Notes under the pieces: model-generated
Databases searched by the model: none
What the model saw: only the letters and a program-made list of their open reading frames with translations
What the model was told of the DNA's origin: nothing
Translations under genes and position numbers: made by a program
In this document: positions 9,988 through 19,354 of the stretch, piece after piece
How the letters are laid out: each line of letters opens with the position of its first letter
Numbering within the stretch: the stretch's first letter is position 1
Assembly (NCBI GenBank): GCA_026995555.1
Contig: JALWOJ010000162.1
Location: 1 to 52,286, forward strand
Origin: Acidilobaceae archaeon
GTDB taxonomy: Archaea > Thermoproteota > Thermoprotei_A > Sulfolobales > Acidilobaceae
Direction: 5' to 3'
Length of the DNA: 52,286 nucleotides

Positions 9988-10539
9988 ATGAGTGAGACTA
10001 AGGAGAGGCCTAGGAAGGAGGTTGAGGGTCAGAAGACCTTAGAGGCTGGTTATGTAACCGTTGAAGATCTGAAAAAAGCTGGAAACATACCTCCGGACGA
10101 GATCGCAGAGAGATATGCAGTCCCAATAATAGACTGTCTGGAGGAGATCCCCTGCACGCCATGCCATGATGTGTGTCCAACTGGAGCAATAGAGATGCCA
10201 ACTATGAATGACAGGCCTAGAGTTAAATGGGAAGCATGCACTGGATGTACTCTATGTGCCCAAGCCTGTCCGGGTCTTGCAATAACAATAGTCAATATAC
10301 CGTTCGCCAAGAAGATGTTCAAGAGAGACGATCTTGCGCTCGTGAGCGTTCCTTATGAGATGTTGCCAATACCCAAGAAGGGAGAGAAGGTTCTTGTTTA
10401 CAACAGAGGCCATGAGCTTCTTGGCGAGGCTGAAGTGTTCTCAGTAATCAAAAGCCCTAGGTTCGGAACGGTCCTAGTTAATGTGGTTGTTCCTAAGAAG
10501 TGGGCCTACGAAGTTAAGTATATTGAGGTTAAGAGGTGA
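9988..10539 (+). CDS. 4Fe-4S ferredoxin-like small subunit
   Basis: 183 aa with Cys motifs CTPCHDVCP and CTGCTLCAQACP. Overlaps the next gene by 4 nt. Confidence 0.7.
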   Translation: MSETKERPRKEVEGQKTLEAGYVTVEDLKKAGNIPPDEIAERYAVPIIDCLEEIPCTPCHDVCPTGAIEMPTMNDRPRVKWEACTGCTLCAQACPGLAITIVNIPFAKKMFKRDDLALVSVPYEMLPIPKKGEKVLVYNRGHELLGEAEVFSVIKSPRFGTVLVNVVVPKKWAYEVKYIEVKR

Positions 10540-10880
10540 GGGGTGAGATAGATATGAGTGAGGAAACTCACAGGTTTCAACATCCTGCAATAGTTTGTAG
10601 ATGTATGGACGTTACTCAGGAGGAAATGATTCAGACCTTCAATGCCATGGTCAAGTTCTTGGGCTCCTACGATGCAGACACCTACAGAAGAATGAGCGGG
10701 GCTGTCACAGGCTTTTGCCAGGGTAGAGGATGTCTTCAACATCTTCAAAGAATACTGGCTGGAAAGCTAAGAGAGATAGGAGTTCAAGTTGATCCAAATA
10801 AGCTTTTACCTAAAAGAAGGCCTCCTCTTCAACCAGTTCCTATGGGCCTATTCTATGATCCGGAGGCTGTTGAGCTATGA
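10536..10880 (+). CDS. BFD-like [2Fe-2S]-binding small subunit
   Basis: 114 aa. The CRC...C..GRGC pattern (IVCRCMDVT, GFCQGRGC) is typical of BFD-like domains. 4-nt overlaps on both sides. Confidence 0.6.
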   Translation: MRGEIDMSEETHRFQHPAIVCRCMDVTQEEMIQTFNAMVKFLGSYDADTYRRMSGAVTGFCQGRGCLQHLQRILAGKLREIGVQVDPNKLLPKRRPPLQPVPMGLFYDPEAVEL

Positions 10881-12001
10881 AAAAGGTTGTAGTTATTGGA
10901 GGAGGTATAATAGGATCTGTTGTTGCTAGCGCTCTATCAGAGGCAGGAGCTAAAGTTTATCTTCTTGAGGCCAAGTACTTTACCTATGGATCTACAGGGA
11001 GATCTACAGGAAGCATAACCTCGCAACAAAGGCATCCACAGCTCGTTGAAAGGGCCATTGAGACTAAGAAGCTAATTCCTGAACTTAAGAAAAAATATGA
11101 AGAGTTAGGGGTTCCATTCGCTCAAAGATTCTTAGACGATGAAAGCCCTCACATAGCTATAGCATTTAACGAAAAAGATTATGAGGACCTTAAGAAGCTT
11201 GCTGAAATATGGTCCCAAGGGGGTGCTAAGGTAGAAGAGGCAGAGCCCTCGAAGGTAAAGGAGCTCGTTCCGTGGATCGATGAAAACAGCTTCTACAAAG
11301 CATTTATAACGCCTAATGATTACAAACTTATGCCACATCCATTCACCTGGGCAAACATAGCGGCTGCAAGGATCCTCGGCGCTGAAACTTACACCTACGA
11401 GCCTGTCGTAAAGATAGATGTGAAGGATAAGGTTCTCGTTGAGACGGAAAGTGGAAAGAAGTTTGAGGGAGACGTGGCCGTCATTGCAGCTGGAGCAAAG
11501 TCCCTAGAGCTGTTAAAGATGCTAAATGAAAAACTTAACATAGACGTAAAAAGTTACTATGCCGCTGGTATGGTAACGGAACCTTTCAAGTATGAAATGA
11601 GACCTACCATTAGAGTCTTTAAGCACTCATATAGGTTTACGCAGACCGTTAGAAAGGAGTATGTCGCAACCATAGATAACATGGGCTTTGAAAATCCTGA
11701 GTACTCAACCGAGGACAGCTACGAGTTTCTGGTAAAGGCGAGCACAATAACTGTGAAGCTCATGCCTCCAATGGCCTATGTTAACATACTCAGAAGCTGG
11801 GGAGCCTATTGTGACTACACTGAGGATGGACTGCCAATAGTAGGCTGGAGCCCCAAGTATGAGGGGAAGATATACTACATATTTGGATTTAATGACTATG
11901 GACTCAGCGTGGGCCCCTCAGTAGCCCGCAGAGCCGCTAAGGAGATAGCTGATGGGGTCAAGGATCCCGCCCTAGAACCCTATAGACCTTCAAGGAAGTA
12001 A
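10877..12001 (+). CDS. FAD-dependent oxidoreductase, beta-like subunit (DadA / sarcosine oxidase beta / proline dehydrogenase family)
   Basis: 374 aa. N-terminal dinucleotide-binding motif VVVIGGGIIGSVVASALSEAG and DAO-family length. Confidence 0.8.
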   Translation: MKKVVVIGGGIIGSVVASALSEAGAKVYLLEAKYFTYGSTGRSTGSITSQQRHPQLVERAIETKKLIPELKKKYEELGVPFAQRFLDDESPHIAIAFNEKDYEDLKKLAEIWSQGGAKVEEAEPSKVKELVPWIDENSFYKAFITPNDYKLMPHPFTWANIAAARILGAETYTYEPVVKIDVKDKVLVETESGKKFEGDVAVIAAGAKSLELLKMLNEKLNIDVKSYYAAGMVTEPFKYEMRPTIRVFKHSYRFTQTVRKEYVATIDNMGFENPEYSTEDSYEFLVKASTITVKLMPPMAYVNILRSWGAYCDYTEDGLPIVGWSPKYEGKIYYIFGFNDYGLSVGPSVARRAAKEIADGVKDPALEPYRPSRK

Positions 12002-13018
12002 CCTCTGTACATAAACATCAACAACAAATATTTTTTGAAAAGGACTATATTCTTTAACCCTTCTAACTTTTACATCGTTTATTTCACACCTCAAGACTCT
12101 AAGCCTTTTCTCGACATCAGATATAAGGTCTCTGTCGCTCTCTGCAATTACATATATGTGAAGGAAGCCTTGTTTTGAAAGAAGGTTGCAGGCCTCACCT
12201 AAGAAGCTTAAGGAGTTCTTTGGGCTATTCATTATTACCCTGGTAAATGATGGCCTTAGAAGATAGGGCAGATCTTTAGCGTCAGCCTTCATAACAAGAA
12301 CCTTCCCTTTTAATTTCTTCAAATTTAGTTTAACGTTCATTGCCGCATAATAACTAGCATAAGGATTTATGTCTGTGGCCAGCACCTCCGCTCTTTTTAA
12401 GGAGGCTATGTGTATTGCAAAGGGGGCTATTCCCGAGAACATATCAAGGACCTTTTCCCCTTCTTCTACGATCTCTGCAAGCCTTCTGTGCTCCTCCGCA
12501 AGCCTTGGGTTTGCATAGGCCTTAGTTATGTCAACCCTAAACCTTAGCCCATACTCCTTAAACTCGGTTTCTGTAACATTTTCACCTGCTAAAAGCGTCA
12601 ATTCTGGTAGCCTGTAAGTACCTACAGTTCTCTGCTTGAGGTAAACAGCCTTTACGTTAGGATGCATAATCATTATCTTTTCAGCCAATTTTTTGTATAA
12701 GGAAATACCGTGATCTCTTCCCCTGCTTATTATTGCTATGTTTCCAATCAATGTATATGATGACAGGCCTAGAGCCTCCTCTTTAAGGATCTTCCGAGTG
12801 AGGTAAGCTTCAAAGGTCTCTTCACAGGGTTCAGCCTCAATTCCCAATGAGGTTGCGATACTCAGAGCCTTCTTTATATTAACCACAGGGAACAGAACTT
12901 CATCGTTAAAACTTTTCGGTTTTAAATCCTTTCTTAGTAAAGAAGAACTTAAAAGAATTTTTCTAAGCTTTTCGGCAACCCTTTTATTAACCTTAATACA
13001 GTCCGACTCTTTCTCCAT
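11990..13018 (-). CDS. trm5: tRNA (guanine37-N1)-methyltransferase Trm5 / Taw22-like (Met-10+ family)
   Basis: 342 aa. SAM motif VLDMFSGIAPFAIHIA, downstream IMNSPK. Its 3' end overlaps the convergent gene by 12 nt. Confidence 0.7.
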   Translation of the reverse strand: MEKESDCIKVNKRVAEKLRKILLSSSLLRKDLKPKSFNDEVLFPVVNIKKALSIATSLGIEAEPCEETFEAYLTRKILKEEALGLSSYTLIGNIAIISRGRDHGISLYKKLAEKIMIMHPNVKAVYLKQRTVGTYRLPELTLLAGENVTETEFKEYGLRFRVDITKAYANPRLAEEHRRLAEIVEEGEKVLDMFSGIAPFAIHIASLKRAEVLATDINPYASYYAAMNVKLNLKKLKGKVLVMKADAKDLPYLLRPSFTRVIMNSPKNSLSFLGEACNLLSKQGFLHIYVIAESDRDLISDVEKRLRVLRCEINDVKVRRVKEYSPFQKIFVVDVYVQRLLP

Positions 13019-13117
13019 TTTTACCTATACTCACCTCAAAGCTTTACCTATAAAGTTAAAGCAAATCAAGTTTTCTCTTAGAGACGTGGCGAGAGTAATC
13101 AGAAAGAGGGTTGAGGG

Positions 13118-13972
13118 TTGCCAGGAGGTCAAGATAATATAGGTATTATAGTTAAGCCTAGAAGCTCCGTTGCTGAAGAGGCCGCATTGAAAGCTATAAG
13201 GGCTTTAACGAGGAACAACGTTGAACCCCTCATTGAGGAAGACACGTGGAAAAATTACGAAAGTTTGAGAAGGTTTCCTAAATTTTCGATAGAAAGAAAT
13301 CCTCCAAGAAAAATAATTGTTGTGGGCGGTGATGGAACTCTTCTTTGGGCAACACAAAGGGTTTCAAGCCCAGAAGTCATATTCATGACTGTCAGGGCTG
13401 GAAAGAGAGGATTTCTTCTTGATGTTGAGCCGTATGAGATAGAGGAGAGGGTTCTGGACTTTATAATGGGTAAGTATAAAGTGTTCGAATATCCAAGACT
13501 TCAGGCATATATTGATGAGAGGAAGCTTCCATGTTCACTGAATGACGTGGTCATATTAACTAAGAAGGGAAGGCTTGTGAGGCTCACCCTTTATGCTAAC
13601 GGTTTTAAGGTATACGGAATAGATGGTGATGGAGTTGTAATCTCAACAACCTTGGGTTCGACAGGGTATAGCTTAAGTGCCGGAGGACCAATAATAGACC
13701 CCTCGCTTGATGTCATAGTTATCTCACCTCTCAACCCTGTTCAGCTTCACTTAAGGCCTGTCATCTTACCTCCTAATTATAGAGTGGACATAGAGATGAG
13801 ACCTGACTCCGGCAATGCGTACATAATCTGTGATGGACAATACTTAGAAGAGATAGGGCCTGGAACTAAGGTCTCTGTTGGGAGGTGCGAATATCCAACG
13901 AAAATAGCAAGATTTAAGTGGTGGGAGAACTATTATGAGAAGCTCTACACAAGGCTGCTCACCTACTGGTAA
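13118..13972 (+). CDS. nadK: NAD kinase
   Basis: 284 aa. The GGDGT motif (IIVVGGDGTLLWA) and STTLGSTGYSLSAGGPI are typical of NAD kinases. Confidence 0.85.
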   Translation: MPGGQDNIGIIVKPRSSVAEEAALKAIRALTRNNVEPLIEEDTWKNYESLRRFPKFSIERNPPRKIIVVGGDGTLLWATQRVSSPEVIFMTVRAGKRGFLLDVEPYEIEERVLDFIMGKYKVFEYPRLQAYIDERKLPCSLNDVVILTKKGRLVRLTLYANGFKVYGIDGDGVVISTTLGSTGYSLSAGGPIIDPSLDVIVISPLNPVQLHLRPVILPPNYRVDIEMRPDSGNAYIICDGQYLEEIGPGTKVSVGRCEYPTKIARFKWWENYYEKLYTRLLTYW

Positions 13973-14360
13973 AGTTGTTATCGATGATGCAGGCGCCATA
14001 TTTGCTGGACTTCCTCTAAGCCTTCCATTACCACAATACACGACCAGTCTCGTTGTAGAAGAAGTTAAGGATGAGGAGTCCAGGAAGGTCCTGGAAAGAG
14101 GGATTGTTCTTGAGAGGATTAAGGTTATCGATCCTCCAGCTGGTTACATCGATAAAGCCAGGACGTTGGCCAAGTCATTTAATACACTAAATAAGCTTAG
14201 CAAGACTGATCTTCAAGTGTTTGCCCTTGCCCTTTATTTAAGCGAGGAAACTAATTGTGAGGTACTAGTTGCTACTGATGACTATGCACTTCAGCATACC
14301 GTAACTTCCGCTGGCCTAAAGATAATCAAGGTTAGATACAAAGGAATAAGGATTAGTTAG
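13935..14360 (+). CDS. PIN-domain protein (Nob1-like PIN without Zn ribbon)
   Basis: 141 aa. VVIDDAGAI (first acidic residue) and VLVATDDYALQH near the C-terminus. Overlaps the NAD kinase end by 38 nt. Confidence 0.5.
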   Translation: MRSSTQGCSPTGKVVIDDAGAIFAGLPLSLPLPQYTTSLVVEEVKDEESRKVLERGIVLERIKVIDPPAGYIDKARTLAKSFNTLNKLSKTDLQVFALALYLSEETNCEVLVATDDYALQHTVTSAGLKIIKVRYKGIRIS

Positions 14361-14394
14361 CTTAACGTCAGGGATATACCTGCAGAACGACATA

Positions 14395-15234
14395 ATGTTA
14401 TATTTAGGTGTAAGGGCTTTGCCTAAAAAAGTCGAGAGGCCGTTGATAGAGAGATTAAAAACTGGAGTTCCAGGCTTTGATAAGCTAATAGCCGGAGGAA
14501 TTCCAAGAGGTTTCTTCGTGGCGGTTGTCGGGGAGCCTGGTACAGGAAAGACCGTATTTAGCATTCACTTTGCGTGGAAGGGAATAGAGGATGGTGACAA
14601 GGTGGTCTACGTTACTACAGAGGAAAGCAGGGAGAGCATAATAAGACAGGCGGAGATGTTTGGAATGGACTTTTCTAGAGCCATAGCTGACAACAAGCTC
14701 ATAATAATTGATGCTTTAATGAAGTCCCAGAAGGATGAGTGGACCCTAGAGGAGCTTAGTGTTGAGGAGCTAATTAATAAGGTCATAGAGGCTAAAAAGG
14801 TTCTAGGATACGGAAGGGCTAGATTAATAATAGACAGCATGAGTGCCTTCTGGCTCGATAAACCAGCCATGGCTAGGAAGTATAGTTATATGGTGAAAAG
14901 GATCCTGTACAGATGGGACTTCACCACCCTAATGGTAAGCCAATATGCTGTCACCACAAGCTATGCCTTTGGCTGGGGAGTTGAACACGTTGCCGACGGA
15001 ATAATAAGGTTTAGAAGAGGAATTAAGAAGGGTGTGCTTAAGAGATACGTCATTGTAGAGAAGATGAGGCAGACTCCTCATGATCTCAGGATGTATGAAA
15101 TCGACATTGTTGACGGGAAGGGAATGATAATACTTAGACCTACAGAGATGAGAAAGGAGGATGTTGTTCTTCCTTACGAGGTCCAGAAGAAAATAATTGA
15201 AAACATTAAAAAGGAGGAGGAAGAGCTACCGTAA
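14395..15234 (+). CDS. KaiC/RadA-paralog RecA-superfamily ATPase
   Basis: 279 aa. GVPGFDKLIAGGIPRG followed by Walker A VVGEPGTGKTVFS, and Walker B-like LIIDSMS. Confidence 0.8.
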   Translation: MLYLGVRALPKKVERPLIERLKTGVPGFDKLIAGGIPRGFFVAVVGEPGTGKTVFSIHFAWKGIEDGDKVVYVTTEESRESIIRQAEMFGMDFSRAIADNKLIIIDALMKSQKDEWTLEELSVEELINKVIEAKKVLGYGRARLIIDSMSAFWLDKPAMARKYSYMVKRILYRWDFTTLMVSQYAVTTSYAFGWGVEHVADGIIRFRRGIKKGVLKRYVIVEKMRQTPHDLRMYEIDIVDGKGMIILRPTEMRKEDVVLPYEVQKKIIENIKKEEEELP

Positions 15235-15243
15235 AAATTTAGG

Positions 15244-16479
15244 TTACTTTAATATGTTATGCTTTCTATTGTACACATGCTTTAGGTGCCTTATCATTTC
15301 ATGCAGAGGAATGTCCATGGGACACACCTCAGTGCACCTTCCGCACAGAAGGCATAGGTGAGCAAGCTCTGAAGCCTCCTCCTCTCCAATGGTTATTGCA
15401 GTCCAGTTTATTCCCATAGGCCCTCCATAAACAGGGCCGCCCCATACATTTGCTGTTATTCTCCACACTGGGCACTCCATCAAACATCTTCCACACTTTA
15501 GACATCTAAGCTGCTCCCTAAGGAACTCATTACTCAGCGCCCTTCTTCTGCCGTTGTCAACAAGAACCACGTAAAGCTCTACAGGACCTTGAGCCCCAAA
15601 AACTCTCTGCTGCTCTATATCAGCTGTACTGCTCGGTCCAGCTATTATATCAATGTATGTTGGGGGATAGATGGCTATGTTTGCCGCCTGAACCATTATC
15701 GTTTTAAACGCGTCAAGCATTGAAGGAACTATCTTCTCTATTCCTGTAACAACTATGTGCTTTGGAGGAAGGCCCGTGACAAGCCTTATGTTTCCCTCAT
15801 TTTCAACCAGGAAAATGGCTCCTGTATCGGCAGCTATAGAATTAGCGCCGCTAATTCCAACGTCTGCATTTTTTATCTTGGTCCTTAGAAACTCCCTAAC
15901 CCTTTTAACTATGTTCTCAACCTTTTCGGTCTCAGAAACCTCTATCCCTAACCTCTCTCGAAGAAGCCTAGCAGCCCTCTTTCTCGAGATGTGAATGGCC
16001 GGAGCTATTGGATGCATGGGCTTTCCTTTCTCTAGCTGAACCAAGAACTGACCAAGATCCGTTTCCCAGACCTCGTTACCAATATCCTCTAAGTGTTCTC
16101 TAAGTCCCAGCTCCTCCGCAATCATGCTTTTACTCATAACCACGAGCTTATTGGTACCCACAATCTTACCGACGATTTCTCTAGCATCATCTGCAGTCTC
16201 CGCTACATAAACTTGAGCACCAATTCTTTTCATGGAGTTTATTGCCATTTCTAAATACTCGTCCAGGTTCTCTAGAACCTTCTTCTTGATCTCCCTAACT
16301 TCCTCAGCCAACCTCTCTATTTCTGGGTGATTTTTGAGAACCTCTCTGACCTTAACCTCAAAGTTTCTGACAGAGACCTGAACTCCTTTTTGAAACTCCT
16401 CATCCTTCATAACGTTTAAGATGTTCTCTAAAACGTCCTCAAACCTTATTCTGACCCTTTTAATAGACATTATGCTCAC
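15244..16479 (-). CDS. LutB-like iron-sulfur protein (LUD/DUF162 domain plus 2x[4Fe-4S])
   Basis: 411 aa. C-terminal CLKCGRCLMECPV and CLLCGRCTEVCPMDIP, with an N-terminal LUD-like domain. Confidence 0.75.
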   Translation of the reverse strand: MSIMSIKRVRIRFEDVLENILNVMKDEEFQKGVQVSVRNFEVKVREVLKNHPEIERLAEEVREIKKKVLENLDEYLEMAINSMKRIGAQVYVAETADDAREIVGKIVGTNKLVVMSKSMIAEELGLREHLEDIGNEVWETDLGQFLVQLEKGKPMHPIAPAIHISRKRAARLLRERLGIEVSETEKVENIVKRVREFLRTKIKNADVGISGANSIAADTGAIFLVENEGNIRLVTGLPPKHIVVTGIEKIVPSMLDAFKTIMVQAANIAIYPPTYIDIIAGPSSTADIEQQRVFGAQGPVELYVVLVDNGRRRALSNEFLREQLRCLKCGRCLMECPVWRITANVWGGPVYGGPMGINWTAITIGEEEASELAHLCLLCGRCTEVCPMDIPLHEMIRHLKHVYNRKHNILK

Positions 16480-16483
16480 CTCA

Positions 16484-17434
16484 TTAAAGATACGCTCTAG
16501 CTAAATACTCTGAAATGTCCCCTATCTTGACATCCTTAGGTGCAACTCTTCTCAGGTTGGCAAAACATATCGGACATAGGGTTACTATGTTGCTAGATAC
16601 GCTCTTAAGCTCGGAAATTCTGGCCGATGCAACTCCCTTAGCCAGCCCTGGAGCTACAGACTCCAAGAGACCTCCACAACAATAGGTCAGTCTTCTACTG
16701 TTAGGAGGTTCCAGAACTGTATACCCTGCCTCCTCAAGAAGCCTTCTGGGTTCCTCAATTATATTCTCAAACCTAGCATATAGGCAAGGGTCGTGGATCA
16801 CCAACCTTTCATTAATCGACCTTTTAGGTCTTAAAACCCCTTCATCGAGCCTCTCAGCAAGAACCTCAAGATAACTCTTAACCTCTAAGTCGTAATTTTC
16901 CACATATTTAGGAGCTATGCTTCTTAAAATGTTTGTAGAATGAGGATCTACTGTAATAACCTTCTTAGCGCCGCTCTCTTTCAACACCTTGTAAACCTTA
17001 TTTATGTGCTCAGAGAAGGTTTCGTCTAGACCGAAATCGTACAGAAGAGCTCCATTGTACAGCTCCTTCTCATAGAGGAATGCTATGTTTATATTAGAAC
17101 TTATCAGTAGCTTCACTATGTTTTCAAGAACTGACCTGGAGAACTTTCTCAGGTCCTCCCTAGGCCTCAAAACAGTTTTGGCCAAGGACGACAATGCTAA
17201 AGTTACTTTACCCAACTTTAAGAGTGACGACCTTTTTTCTAGGAGCTCAACCAGAGGCTCTATGTAGGGGACTAGTTGATAGAGTCCTCCTGTATATAAT
17301 ATTACTTCTCCCTTCCTGGGTAGTGAGAACTTCTCGGCCCACGAGTAAATTTCTTTTTCTGGCACAGGGAATGGATAACCATGCTTCTTAGAGAAGTCAT
17401 TTATTACTGAGAGAATCGTAGATAAGTTTACCAA
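16484..17434 (-). CDS. CCG-domain Fe-S oxidoreductase (LutA / GlcF C-terminal / HdrD-like)
   Basis: 316 aa. Two Cys-rich CCG-type motifs (HDPCLYAR, TYCCGG, LCPICFANL). Paralog of 19329..20309. Confidence 0.8.
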   Translation of the reverse strand: MVNLSTILSVINDFSKKHGYPFPVPEKEIYSWAEKFSLPRKGEVILYTGGLYQLVPYIEPLVELLEKRSSLLKLGKVTLALSSLAKTVLRPREDLRKFSRSVLENIVKLLISSNINIAFLYEKELYNGALLYDFGLDETFSEHINKVYKVLKESGAKKVITVDPHSTNILRSIAPKYVENYDLEVKSYLEVLAERLDEGVLRPKRSINERLVIHDPCLYARFENIIEEPRRLLEEAGYTVLEPPNSRRLTYCCGGLLESVAPGLAKGVASARISELKSVSSNIVTLCPICFANLRRVAPKDVKIGDISEYLARAYL

Positions 17435-17596
17435 TCCTTTATCACCTTCTCTCCTCCCTGTTACTTTTAACTTTTTGCTAAACTTTATTTTTCAGTCATA
17501 AAGCTTTCAATTCCTTCTTTTCAGAAATGCAGAACTTTCTTTAAACACAAGAATAATTCCCTTTAAGCTCTCTCATAGTTAAGGAGGCAGAGCAAG

Positions 17597-19024
17597 GTGG
17601 AGAAGGATAAAATAGTTAGAGACATCTCAAAGCTTATAGGGAAAGATAAGGTCTCGGGAGATGAGGCGCTTCTAAGCATCTATTCTAAAGATCCTTTGGG
17701 CAATGTAGGTAAGGCCTTGGCAGTAGTCTTTCCTGAGGAGTCTAAAGATGTCTCAAGGGTTGTTAGCTATGCCTATAAAAACGACATTAAGATCTATGCT
17801 CAGGGATCTTCAACGAGCCTAGCAGGATCATCCCTTCCTAAGGAGCCCGGAATTGTGATCAGCTTTGAAAGGATGAAAAAGGTTCTTGAGGTAAGCCTTG
17901 TTAATAGTTATGTTCTCGTCGAGCCCGGTATTAGGATAGACGATCTTAACCTCGAGCTCGGTTCTAAGGGGTACATGTTCCCCGTCGATCCTGCAAGTTC
18001 GAGTGTTGCCACCGTTGGAGGGGCTATAAACAGCGGGGCTGGAGGGATGAGAGGGGCTAAGTATGGAACTATGAGAGACTGGGTGCTCGGGCTAGAAATA
18101 GTTCTCCCTGATGAGAATGGGACAATAGCCTTTGCTGGATGCAAGACCCTCAAGTGTAGACAGGGCTATGATCTTGTTAGACTTATAGTTGGAAGTGAAG
18201 GAACGCTCGCACTAGTTACAAAAGCTTATCTGAAAATAACCCCCCTTCCAGAAACCGTGATAGTTGCCCTTGCATTCTTCCCAAGGCTTGAGAATCTCAT
18301 GGAGGCTGTTGTTGACATAAAGTCTCAGAGGGTTCAGCCTTACATTCTTGAATTTCTTGAGAAAAGGACGGCTGAAGTGGCAGCAAAATCTATAGGAAGA
18401 AGCATCAATATTGATGGTCACATGCTTTTAGCTGGGATAGATGTTAATAGAGAGGCTGTTGATAGATATGTGGAGTGGATAGAAAAACTTCTTAAAGAAC
18501 ATGGAGGTAAAGGAATCCAGACTGCAAGAAGCTGGCAGGAGGCGGAGGAAAGAGGGCTCTTTGACATAAGGAGATCCCTCTTCGTTGCCCAGAGTAAAAT
18601 GGCAAGGGAGATCTACAAGAACGTGAATAATGCTAAGATCATGCTTTTGATCGAGGACATAGCAGTTCCTCCTTCTAGACTGATAGAGGCCGTTAAGGGA
18701 CTTAAGGAGCTTGAGAAGAAGCACGGGTTTGTGACCATGCTTGGAGGACATGTTGGTGATGGAAACCTTCATCCATCTATAGGCTTTAACATGCTGGACC
18801 CCGAGGAGACTAAGAGGGCGGAAAGGTGGTTTGAAGATCTTGTAGACCTTGCAATAAGCTTAGATGGAACTGTGAGCTCGGAGCATGGAATAGGTATAAC
18901 GAAAAAGGAGGCGTTGAGGAGGGAGCTTGAAGCTAGAGGGTCACTGAAGCTACTTGAGATCATGAAGGATATAAAGAAGGTCTTCGACCCGAAGAACATC
19001 CTAAATCCTGGAAAGGTGGTTTAG
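17597..19024 (+). CDS. glcD: FAD-linked oxidase (GlcD / D-lactate dehydrogenase family)
   Basis: 475 aa. N-terminal FAD_binding_4-type region (VVFPEESKDVSRVVSYAYKNDIKIYAQGSSTSLAGSS) and C-terminal SSEHGIGITKK. Confidence 0.85.
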   Translation: MEKDKIVRDISKLIGKDKVSGDEALLSIYSKDPLGNVGKALAVVFPEESKDVSRVVSYAYKNDIKIYAQGSSTSLAGSSLPKEPGIVISFERMKKVLEVSLVNSYVLVEPGIRIDDLNLELGSKGYMFPVDPASSSVATVGGAINSGAGGMRGAKYGTMRDWVLGLEIVLPDENGTIAFAGCKTLKCRQGYDLVRLIVGSEGTLALVTKAYLKITPLPETVIVALAFFPRLENLMEAVVDIKSQRVQPYILEFLEKRTAEVAAKSIGRSINIDGHMLLAGIDVNREAVDRYVEWIEKLLKEHGGKGIQTARSWQEAEERGLFDIRRSLFVAQSKMAREIYKNVNNAKIMLLIEDIAVPPSRLIEAVKGLKELEKKHGFVTMLGGHVGDGNLHPSIGFNMLDPEETKRAERWFEDLVDLAISLDGTVSSEHGIGITKKEALRRELEARGSLKLLEIMKDIKKVFDPKNILNPGKVV

Positions 19025-19354
19025 GTGCTAGAGGATTTGAGGGAGTGGATAAAGGAGGAGGCGTCCAAGTGCATGTTCTGCGGGTTCTGCGAGACCGTCT
19101 GCCCTACAATTAAGTTTGGACCCCATAGAGGTTACGGTCCTAGAGGGAGGGTTAACATAGCCCTTTACATAAGTGAAGGGGGCAAATATACAGAAGAGGC
19201 TCTAAGCTCCCTCTATAGTTGCCTTCTTTGCGCTGCATGTACCCTTAAGTGTCCAGCCAACATAGACATACCTGAGATAGTCAGGGCTTCAAGAGTTCTT
19301 TACTCAGAAGATAGCCTCAAGGAGGCGATTGTGGTTGAAAAGAAGGTTTCTTGA
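19025..19354 (+). CDS. 4Fe-4S dicluster protein (GlcF N-terminal-like)
   Basis: 109 aa with CMFCGFCETVCP and CLLCAACTLKCP. Starts 1 nt after the glcD-like stop. Confidence 0.7.
   Translation: MLEDLREWIKEEASKCMFCGFCETVCPTIKFGPHRGYGPRGRVNIALYISEGGKYTEEALSSLYSCLLCAACTLKCPANIDIPEIVRASRVLYSEDSLKEAIVVEKKVS

Noticed and set aside
19329-19354. Overlap of the 4Fe-4S ORF and the CCG ORF as evidence of a frameshifted glcF pseudogene
   Set aside because: The paralog 16484..17434 is a stand-alone CCG protein with an equivalent N-terminus (HGYPFPVPEKEIYSWAEKF vs TGYPVPISRSDVYSWAREL). A natural split with a start near 19371 is therefore more likely.
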